Positions 1 through 6,012 of a stretch of DNA of 24,000 nt are shown here, piece by piece. Both the position numbers and the translations under genes were made by a program. Positions within the stretch are counted from its first letter, which is position 1. Each line of letters begins with the position of its first letter. The notes below the pieces were generated by a model, which did no database searches, was not told the DNA's origin, and worked only from the letters and a program-made list of their open reading frames with translations. The DNA is from Rathayibacter toxicus DSM 7488. GTDB taxonomy: Bacteria; Actinomycetota; Actinomycetes; Actinomycetales; Microbacteriaceae. Location of the stretch: assembly GCF_000425325.1 (NCBI RefSeq), contig NZ_KE384349.1:280790-304789 (forward strand), read 5' to 3'.

Positions 1-310
1 AATGGCGCTTCAATCGTGCGACGATAATGTCAGTATTAGAAGATGCATATCGCGCCTCAGTCTCAATCGGAGAAATCGCAAAATTCGATTTGTCCCAATC
101 GAGCACAACCGAGTAGCCGCCCATTCGACCCATGGCAGCCTGAAACGAAAGCGCTGTTCGGGTAGAAGGCTTTTCAAATATCATGAGCAGCCCTTTACCC
201 GCAAGCCGTCCTGCGAGTTCGCTCGGCTCTCGCTTCAACTTAAGACCGAGCTGGACGATCTCCCTTGCTCGCTCAGGGCCAAGCTCACGGAGGTTCACGA
301 CGTTGATCAA
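1..310 (-). CDS. Aspartate/ornithine carbamoyltransferase-family protein, N-terminal part (gene continues past the left window edge)
   Basis: Not in the ORF track because it has no stop inside the window. Hand translation of the reverse strand gives (M)INVVNLRELGPERAREIVQLGLKLKREPSELAGRLAGKGLLMIFEKPSTRTALSFQAAMGRMGGYSVVLDWDKSNFAISPIETEARYASSNTDIIVARLKRH... This carries the carbamoyl-phosphate-binding FEKxSTRT signature about 50 aa from the N-terminus, as in OTCase/ATCase. The best start is TTG 310-308, preceded by GGAG with a 6-nt spacer and overlapping the upstream TGA (TTGA). Confidence 0.75.
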   Translation of the reverse strand, partial: MINVVNLRELGPERAREIVQLGLKLKREPSELAGRLAGKGLLMIFEKPSTRTALSFQAAMGRMGGYSVVLDWDKSNFAISPIETEARYASSNTDIIVARLKRH

Positions 311-1389
311 CGGCCGCTCCAATCAGGTAGATATGAGGGAAACTGGGAACGAAGACGCGGAAGCACCTCTTTGCCGACCAGCTCGGAAGTCTCGTCGTGC
401 GGGTACGAGGAAAAAATGAATTCGTCGACGCCGGCCGTGACGTACTGCGCGAGTGCGTCCGAGACCTCTTCTGGAGAACCAACCAGCGCGGTGGAGTTTC
501 CTGAGCGGAACGGCACCATGCCGGTCCAGTAAGGAGAGTGCTCATCAATTGGCGCCGTTTGTGTTTCCTGAATTCTTCGAAGACCTTCAGAATCGCTATC
601 TCGGATGTATTCGGCCGCGCTAACCCTCTGTTTATGGCTGACGGCCTGGAGGCCGCTGTGAGCGCGCGACCAGGCTCGCTCGCGTGTCGTGTCAACTATG
701 AGATTGATTCGCAGTCCACAGCGAATCTGGCGACCCTCCATTTCGGCGCAGAGGCGGACGCGCTCGCATTGCTGGGCAACCGCGGCTGCAGGCTCACCCC
801 ACATCAGATAGGTGTCGGCGTATCGTGCGGCAGTTGTCACCGCTGCGTCCGACGCACCGCCAAGATAGACGGGGATTGTCGAAATTGGTGTGGGCGCGAA
901 ATGAGCGTTGGAGACCGTGAAAAACTTCCCCGCATAATCACATGACTCATGGGTCCAACTTCTGCGGAGAACGTGAATAAATTCAGAAGTGCGCTCGTAT
1001 CGATCTGCATGCGGCAAAGCGTCGCCGTCCATGGCGAGTTCCATCGGAGAAGCACCAGTCACAATATTTGCGGCAATCCGGTGGGGCGCCACATGAGAAA
1101 GAGTTGCAAGACTCTTCGCGGCAATAGTGGGCAAGATTGCACCTGTGCGAAGGGCAACTATGACGCGCAGTCGTTCGGTTGACAAGGCAATGTGAGCCGC
1201 GGTGACTATGGCGTCAGCGCAGGTCGGCCCTACTGGCAGCAAGATCCCGTCACAGCCGGCCTCCTCTGCGCGAAGTGCGACGCGATTGACATACTGCGGG
1301 CTCCAGGTGAGCTCCGCGTCGTGCCCACCGATGAGACGTCCGTCGCCGTGGGTCGGGGCATACCAGTTGAAGCGGAGATCCCTAGACAT
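307..1389 (-). CDS. LLM-class FMNH2-dependent monooxygenase, SsuD/MsuD (alkanesulfonate monooxygenase)-like
   Basis: Track ORF 307..1398. The N-terminus RFNWYAPTHGDG matches the SsuD N-terminal FWFLPTHGDG signature. Resemblance to E. coli SsuD as I recall it runs the full length (YLGGASD, YLMWGEP, TALVGSPEEV, SSYPH). ATG 1389 is preferred over TTG 1398. It overlaps the upstream stop by 8 nt. Confidence 0.85.
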   Translation of the reverse strand: MSRDLRFNWYAPTHGDGRLIGGHDAELTWSPQYVNRVALRAEEAGCDGILLPVGPTCADAIVTAAHIALSTERLRVIVALRTGAILPTIAAKSLATLSHVAPHRIAANIVTGASPMELAMDGDALPHADRYERTSEFIHVLRRSWTHESCDYAGKFFTVSNAHFAPTPISTIPVYLGGASDAAVTTAARYADTYLMWGEPAAAVAQQCERVRLCAEMEGRQIRCGLRINLIVDTTRERAWSRAHSGLQAVSHKQRVSAAEYIRDSDSEGLRRIQETQTAPIDEHSPYWTGMVPFRSGNSTALVGSPEEVSDALAQYVTAGVDEFIFSSYPHDETSELVGKEVLPRLRSQFPSYLPDWSGR

Positions 1390-2443
1390 GAGAGACAACC
1401 TGCCGAGAGATATCCAGAGCGAGTGCGTCGATCTCTTTATTATTCCTTATGTCGATGTAGTGGTCGGAGATATACTTACTCATTCGGCGTCCGACTGCGC
1501 GGGGATTCCGATTCGGCGGTATACACCACGTCACCTGCGTATCCACCCCCCATTCCTCAAGCAAGTACCTGGCGCCAACTGCGCCCATAACGTCTGCGGG
1601 AATCATCACTAGCCGCACGACGTGTCTCATTACTTCTTTAAGCTGCAATAGCGCGGGGATGTTTGCCCAGATGAGGTCGCCGCCCAGCTCTGCCAGTATC
1701 ACGTCAGGGCTACAGTCCGCAAGTTCCGAGAGAATTTTTCTCACACCGGGAACGTAGTTCTTCTCGGCGGTATAGGTAGAGGGGAGACCCGCGTCTGGGA
1801 AGTCGCGCACCCATTGCGCTCCGGCATTCTTGTGGGCGAGCACGTCCTCCAAACAACCTGTGCCGGCTAGTTTGCAGGACGCGACGCGCATGCCTTGCGT
1901 ATAGCTAAGCGAGTGGATCAAGTTCGAAGACAAGGTGGTTTTTCCCGCGTCCGTCGAGCTGGCGCCCACGAGAATGATAGGCGGAAGAAGGCGCGGGAGT
2001 GCGACCGAATCTCTAGGAAGAATGTTGACGGACTCCTGCGATCTTACTAACACACCAAGGCAACGAACCGTCAGCGGCGGAGAAAGGTATGCTGGCGTAT
2101 TATCTGCGCGCCCAATAATTCCGCCGTTCGAGAGCAAGTCAAGCCCTTCTTGATCATGCACACTGTACCCTCCGTCCGGAACATAGGAGGAGAAGTATTT
2201 GGCAGAGTCTCGATTCCCGATGACACCCAGGAAAATATCTCCGGGGTACAGCTGCTGCGAGAGCCCATTGAGGTCTTCTACGTCCTGATATTCACCGCCG
2301 CGGCTGGTAACTTCTACCAACACGACATCACCCTCGTAGGCGGGCCGGGCATCCAGCAGGAGATCGCTCATTTCGGCGCACGTTCGCGCGTCAGAAGCGA
2401 TGCATTTCACCGTGATTCCTTGTATCTCAAGGCCCCGCTTCAT
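1382..2443 (-). CDS. Uncharacterised SIMIBI-type P-loop NTPase-like protein (BioD/CobQ/DUF1611-like core behind an N-terminal domain of about 160 aa)
   Basis: 353-aa ORF. Walker A is GASSTDAGKTT (nt 1934-1966). A Walker-B-like DVILAELGGD resembles the BioD-type hhhhEGAGG motif. ATG 2443 overlaps the upstream TGA (ATGA). The family assignment is from memory only and is uncertain. Confidence 0.6.
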   Translation of the reverse strand: MKRGLEIQGITVKCIASDARTCAEMSDLLLDARPAYEGDVVLVEVTSRGGEYQDVEDLNGLSQQLYPGDIFLGVIGNRDSAKYFSSYVPDGGYSVHDQEGLDLLSNGGIIGRADNTPAYLSPPLTVRCLGVLVRSQESVNILPRDSVALPRLLPPIILVGASSTDAGKTTLSSNLIHSLSYTQGMRVASCKLAGTGCLEDVLAHKNAGAQWVRDFPDAGLPSTYTAEKNYVPGVRKILSELADCSPDVILAELGGDLIWANIPALLQLKEVMRHVVRLVMIPADVMGAVGARYLLEEWGVDTQVTWCIPPNRNPRAVGRRMSKYISDHYIDIRNNKEIDALALDISRQVVSHV

Positions 2444-3063
2444 TTCTCCGCCTTGAGAAGGCTGTTCTGCACTCGATGAAATATCTCAGGAGGCGTTAAT
2501 TGAACGCGAGGCGGCGTGTCGCTAGCGTTCGCAACCTTGGCGACCGCCAAAGAAACTCCCGGCTCGCGAAGCCAGGCGTCCAGCGCGAAAGCATCGTCAG
2601 GCGTTGTTACCTCGACGACTCGCGAGATTCCGCAGCCGTGAGCAATAGTCGCGAGGTTTGCACCCTTCCCGCTGTGGCTAGGCTGAGCACCCGTAGATTC
2701 ATAGGCTTCGTTATCGACAACCACGATCTTGAGATTATTTCTACCGTAGCGAGCCGCAGTGGCAACGCCACCCAGGTTCATTAATAAACCGCCGTCCCCC
2801 TCGATGACCAGAACATCGTGGTCCGCACCGACGGACAGTCCCAGCCCTACCGACGTCGGCATTCCCATCGATCCGAGCAGATAAAAGCATCGCTCATGAT
2901 CAAATTCGGCGAAGATCTGTCTGCTTGTGTTGCCTAGCGCCGCAACCACCGTTGATCGCGCGATAGCAGGACTGATGGCGTGCAACAGTTCGGACCTAGT
3001 GAGCAAGCTGGCTCTCCCTCGGAATAAGAACGAACGCGGGCCTTTTTCGTCGCTTCGCCTCAT
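2440..3063 (-). CDS. ThDP-dependent sulfopyruvate/phosphonopyruvate decarboxylase family, beta (pyrophosphate-binding) subunit
   Basis: ThDP motif IEGDGGLLMNLGG...KIVVVDNEAYESTG (GDG-x26-N) plus FYLLGSMGMPTSVGLGL, as in ComE. It aligns with archaeal ComE only from LTRSELL onward. TTG 3006 (11-nt overlap with the upstream gene) may therefore be the real start rather than ATG 3063 (68-nt overlap). Confidence 0.85.
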   Translation of the reverse strand: MRRSDEKGPRSFLFRGRASLLTRSELLHAISPAIARSTVVAALGNTSRQIFAEFDHERCFYLLGSMGMPTSVGLGLSVGADHDVLVIEGDGGLLMNLGGVATAARYGRNNLKIVVVDNEAYESTGAQPSHSGKGANLATIAHGCGISRVVEVTTPDDAFALDAWLREPGVSLAVAKVANASDTPPRVQLTPPEIFHRVQNSLLKAEK

Positions 3064-3496
3064 CTTCGGCTTTCATGAAAGCGTCAGTGAGCTGATCCAG
3101 GCTGGTCAACAACTCGCTATAACAGCCCATCGCCTCGATGATGCCCACCGTCGAGAGGCCGATGGGAATCTGGGCGGGATTCTCCTCCACGTCGTCGCCG
3201 CGCATGGTCAACCCGACGACAAGCGGGATCTCGTACGCTGTCGCGAGCGACGATAGTGCGTTGATCGAGTTCCCCAAACCGGAGTTTTGTATGAGGAGTA
3301 TTGGCCTGGATCCCGTGGCGAGCAGGCCAACTCCGATGCCGACTCCCTCTTCCTCACGACTCAGGAACCAGGTGCGCTCAAAGTGAGCGGGGTCGAATCG
3401 CTCTCGCAAAATTGAGCACGGAACCATAAGAACGTCCGTGTATCCGAGTTGGCTCAGCGTTTCAGCTAATCCCTGTGTTCGACACATCACAGGCAT
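2996..3496 (-). CDS. ThDP-dependent sulfopyruvate/phosphonopyruvate decarboxylase family, alpha (pyrimidine-binding) subunit
   Basis: VPCSIL..., SREEEGVGIGVGLLATGSRPILLIQNSGLGNSINALSSL and MRGDD...PAQIPIG match the ComD pattern (VPC..., REEEA.GI..G..LAGK...LMQNSG.GN.IN...SL, HRG...PAQIPMG). Homology starts at MPVMCRTQG, so ATG 3496 is chosen (GAGG about 10 nt upstream). The open frame continues upstream to ATG 3697. Confidence 0.8.
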   Translation of the reverse strand: MPVMCRTQGLAETLSQLGYTDVLMVPCSILRERFDPAHFERTWFLSREEEGVGIGVGLLATGSRPILLIQNSGLGNSINALSSLATAYEIPLVVGLTMRGDDVEENPAQIPIGLSTVGIIEAMGCYSELLTSLDQLTDAFMKAEDEAKRRKRPAFVLIPRESQLAH

Positions 3497-3709
3497 GAAA
3501 ACCCCGCCTCTTCCCACCCGAGCTTCACACAGCCAGGTCTGACCCCCCGAAAGCTCGGTCTTTGCCTGGCATTTATCACGACGACGGGTGAGTATCCCCA
3601 TCTCGGCATTCGCAATCCCGTCATTGGGAATTCTCATGCCATAGAGTCTTACGATTCGTATCCCCGTCAGCAGATTCAGCCTAGCGGAGCCGATCATCGC
3701 GTGCCAAGA

Positions 3710-3737
3710 AATATTTTCGCTGCTGATGGAGAGTCAA
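3710..3737 (-). promoter_or_regulatory. Candidate sigma70-type promoter for the decarboxylase operon (TTGACT-16-AATATT)
   Basis: Minus strand reads TTGACT ctccatcagcagcgaa AATATT, followed by 12 nt to ATG 3697. This is a hexamer match only. Confidence 0.3.
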
Positions 3738-4317
3738 TAACTCGGTCGTCCCCACCGAACTGCGCGCTGCTGGCCACCTCCTCCGGCACTGTTCGCAACA
3801 ACGTCGATCACCAATGGCCGTGGTGATCTCTGAGATTTACACAAGGAAGCTGACTTAACGACGCAGCCGCTAGCGCGGTCGACGAGTATTGCCGCGCTTA
3901 CCTCAGATCAGCCCATTCCACAGCTGCTGGGTACGAGCCGCGATAGAAACGAGAGGCGGGCCACTGTACCGAGGATTACCGCATCATCGGACCATGAATC
4001 GCTGTGCATCCCCACGCCGATCTGATGTCGATGGTATCGATACATGTGAGAGGACACCGCATGAGTTCCCCCAATACTGAGGATGCACAGGAGTTATTCG
4101 AGAGATTTCTCAACCGAGAAATCATGCAATTTGTTGGGGACGATTCGACCCGATAATTGGATCACTAAGAAAATTTAGTCGGCCGCCACAACCAGAAGTA
4201 CATCGATCACGGCTACTGCCTCGGCGCACTCGCCGTTAGCGATGAGGATGCGGGATCTACGGGCATTCATCGGTGTGTTTCGCCCAGAACGCGACGACAA
4301 CCAGGGACGCAGGCGCG

Positions 4318-5265
4318 TCACCGCTCCCCTGCAAAGTCGTCTGACGTGTCCTCGCTGGGCGCCGCCTCCTCCAGCGTCACCGCACCCTCGAGCGGACTCC
4401 GCCTCGCACGGGTCATAGCGGCGCGTGCCGCAAGTTCGGTGTCTTCGGGATAATCGACCTCGCGGAGAATCAGACCGCGCGCGGGCATAACAACGAAGGC
4501 GTTCGTGCGCTGGGCCGCATCGCGCAGCGCGACGAGTTCATCGACCGCGAGCCTGCCTGCTCCGACCGCGACGCAAGCGCCAACGAGCGCACGGACCATG
4601 CTGTGGCAGAACGCGTCGGCGCGCACGTGGGCGTGCAGCACCCCATCGGCGTCACGCTCCCAGTCGAATTCGAGCAAGCTGCGGATGGTCGTCGCGCCCA
4701 CTCGCCCGCGACAGAAGGAGGCGTAGTCATGCAATCCCACCAAGGACAGAGCGGCGTACGACATCGCGGCATCGTCTAACGACTCCGTCACCCAGGTCGT
4801 CGATGCGCGCAGGAGTGGGTCCCGCAGCGCGGAAGCGTCGGCAAGGCGGTACTCATACCGGCGCCAACGCGCCGAGAACCGCGCATCGAACCCTTCTGGC
4901 GCACGCGAGACCCGAGAGATCGATAGATCGGAGTACTGCCCGAGAATTCCGCGCAGTCGTCGTGCCAGCTTTTGCTCGGGCGAGAAAGACTGCGTACCCC
5001 GAGCCACGCTGAGTCGACTCCACTGTTCGGGACCAAGATTGACATGAGCGACCTGACCGGTCGCGTGCACACCAGCATCGGTCCGCCCCGCGACGGTGAG
5101 CGTTGGTGTCTCATCAGAGCCCAGCAGTCGCGCGAGCGCCTCCTCGAGTACGCCCTGCACCGTCCGCAAGCCGGGCTGCCTCGCCCAGCCGGAAAAGCAG
5201 GAACCGTCATAAGCCAGATCGAGACGGAGGCGGTGGAGCACCCGTCGAGTGTATGCCCGCGACAT
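4318..5265 (-). CDS. truA: tRNA pseudouridine(38-40) synthase TruA
   Basis: RLRLDLAYDGSCFSGWARQPG and the catalytic GRTDAGVHATGQV motif. The track ORF starts at GTG 5331 with no SD. ATG 5265 gives the usual short N-terminus before RLDLAYDG. Confidence 0.92.
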   Translation of the reverse strand: MSRAYTRRVLHRLRLDLAYDGSCFSGWARQPGLRTVQGVLEEALARLLGSDETPTLTVAGRTDAGVHATGQVAHVNLGPEQWSRLSVARGTQSFSPEQKLARRLRGILGQYSDLSISRVSRAPEGFDARFSARWRRYEYRLADASALRDPLLRASTTWVTESLDDAAMSYAALSLVGLHDYASFCRGRVGATTIRSLLEFDWERDADGVLHAHVRADAFCHSMVRALVGACVAVGAGRLAVDELVALRDAAQRTNAFVVMPARGLILREVDYPEDTELAARAAMTRARRSPLEGAVTLEEAAPSEDTSDDFAGER

Positions 5266-5347
5266 ATCGCGCGGCGCCTCTCTCCGAAGAATGTCTGTGC
5301 ACAACCCATTCCAAACAATGTGTGCTGGCACAGTCGTTCACATCAAC

Positions 5348-5387
5348 GGGAGGCGGAGTGAGGCACACCCGCGTCACTCCGCCTCCC
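5348..5387. terminator. Perfect 14-bp stem-loop (hairpin A) after the degenerate small membrane-protein gene
   Basis: GGGAGGCGGAGTGA-ggcacacccgcg-TCACTCCGCCTCCC. GTTTTA follows on the plus strand and GTTGATGTG on the minus strand. It is a paralogue of hairpin B. Confidence 0.55.
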
Positions 5388-5606
5388 GTTTTACCCCATT
5401 TACCCCGTTAGAAATAAGTTCCTGTTTTAACTTCTTGACGATATCTATAGTACGAGAACGCAGACAGAGAAACCGCTATAATGAGCCACCCTAGAGCGAA
5501 ACGCCAGAGCACGAAATGCTCACCAGATGCCAACGAAGGAATCGTCTACCCTAGGGCGGCGAAAAATGTGTGGAGAAACGCGTGACGTAGATATTTTTCC
5601 GCATGA
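5348..5606 (-). repeat. Tandem repeat unit A (hairpin plus small membrane-protein gene, degenerate copy)
   Basis: Aligns base by base with 5752..6002, from the hairpin through the gene to the ATG region ...gatatttttccgcat (A) versus gatatttttttcgcat (B). Confidence 0.8.
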
Positions 5607-5632
5607 TTTTTCTTTACCTCGTCAGAGAGCAT
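5408..5632 (-). pseudogene. Paralogue of the 5803..6012 small two-TM protein, interrupted by an in-frame TAG (codon 29)
   Basis: Translation is MLSDEVKKNHAEKYLRHAFLHTFFAALG*TIPSLASGEHFVLWRFALGWLIIAVSLSAFSYYRYRQEVKTGTYF*. By hand alignment 40 of 63 codons are identical to the 5803..6012 product. The homologous ATG (5604) is out of frame because the A-run is one base shorter, so an upstream ATG (5632) is the in-frame start. Confidence 0.6.
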
Positions 5633-5751
5633 TTTCGTGCGCTGCCTTTTATGCAGCGAAGCAGCGCGAACAAAACAGCCGGGCCGGACTCCACTCCCCA
5701 GCCATCCGCCCTTTGCGGCCACAAGCCGACGGCAAAGCCACCTACACAAAA

Positions 5752-6002
5752 CGGAGGTGGAATGAGCACACCCGCGCCATTCCACCTCGCGTTTTCACCC
5801 CTTTAGAAAAGATTTCCCAGTTTTAACTCTTGGCGATATCTATAATACGAGATTGACGACATAATAAGGGCCATAATGAGCCAACCCAGAGCGAAACGCC
5901 AGAGAACAAAAGAGCTACCAGATACTAACGATGGCAGCATAGACGCCACTGCGGTGAAAAAAGTGTTCACAAAAGCTTGACGTAGATATTTTTTTCGCAT
6001 GA
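5752..6002 (-). repeat. Tandem repeat unit B (hairpin plus intact small membrane-protein gene)
   Basis: See unit A for the alignment. The loop sequence gcacacccgcg is conserved and the stems differ by two compensatory pairs. Confidence 0.8.
5754..5788. terminator. 11-bp stem-loop (hairpin B) after the small membrane-protein gene; likely bidirectional intrinsic terminator
   Basis: GAGGTGGAATG-agcacacccgcgc-CATTCCACCTC. On the minus strand it is followed by CGTTTTGTGT, and on the plus strand by GCGTTTTCAC. Confidence 0.6.
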
Positions 6003-6012
6003 CTGACCTCAT
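5803..6012 (-). CDS. Small two-TM membrane protein (about 69 aa), candidate immunity/accessory protein
   Basis: MRSVMRKKYLRQAFVNTFFTAVASMLPSLVSGSSFVLWRFALGWLIMALIMSSISYYRYRQELKLGNLF has two hydrophobic spans and basic termini. ATG 6012 overlaps the upstream TGA (TGATG). Alternative starts are TTG 6021 and ATG 6000. Confidence 0.65.
   Translation of the reverse strand: MRSVMRKKYLRQAFVNTFFTAVASMLPSLVSGSSFVLWRFALGWLIMALIMSSISYYRYRQELKLGNLF

Noticed and set aside
2-532. Plus-strand ORF of 176 aa at the left edge, together with nested ORFs 183..419 (+) and 285..695 (-).
   Set aside because: It lies antisense to two minus-strand genes with clear family signatures: the carbamoyltransferase STRT box and the SsuD-like C-terminus. 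Its sequence is Arg/Ser-rich and resembles no protein.
3555-3600. Resemblance to the TPP riboswitch core (minus strand ...GCCGAGAU...ACCCGU...GAUAAAUGCCAGG versus GCUGAGA...ACCCG...GGAUAAUGCCAGC).
   Set aside because: The CUGAGA box is imperfect. The segment 5' of AUAAAUG (UCGUG) cannot pair with GCCAGG to form the required P5 helix. A TPP riboswitch in front of a ThDP-using decarboxylase would also be atypical. It is kept only as a generic structured leader (see the finding at 3497-3697).
3889-4080. Plus-strand 63-aa ORF with a TTG start.
   Set aside because: It has no SD, no recognisable motif and a Pro/Arg/His-rich composition. It is most likely a chance ORF in intergenic DNA.
4175-4270. 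Minus-strand 31-codon ORF MNARRSRILIANGECAEAVAVIDVLLVVAAD, faintly reminiscent of a biotin-carboxylase N-terminus (KxLIANRGEIA).
   Set aside because: It has no SD. The match is a handful of residues, with GEC in place of RGE, and the frame ends after 31 codons. At best it is a decayed fragment, and that cannot be supported from the sequence alone.
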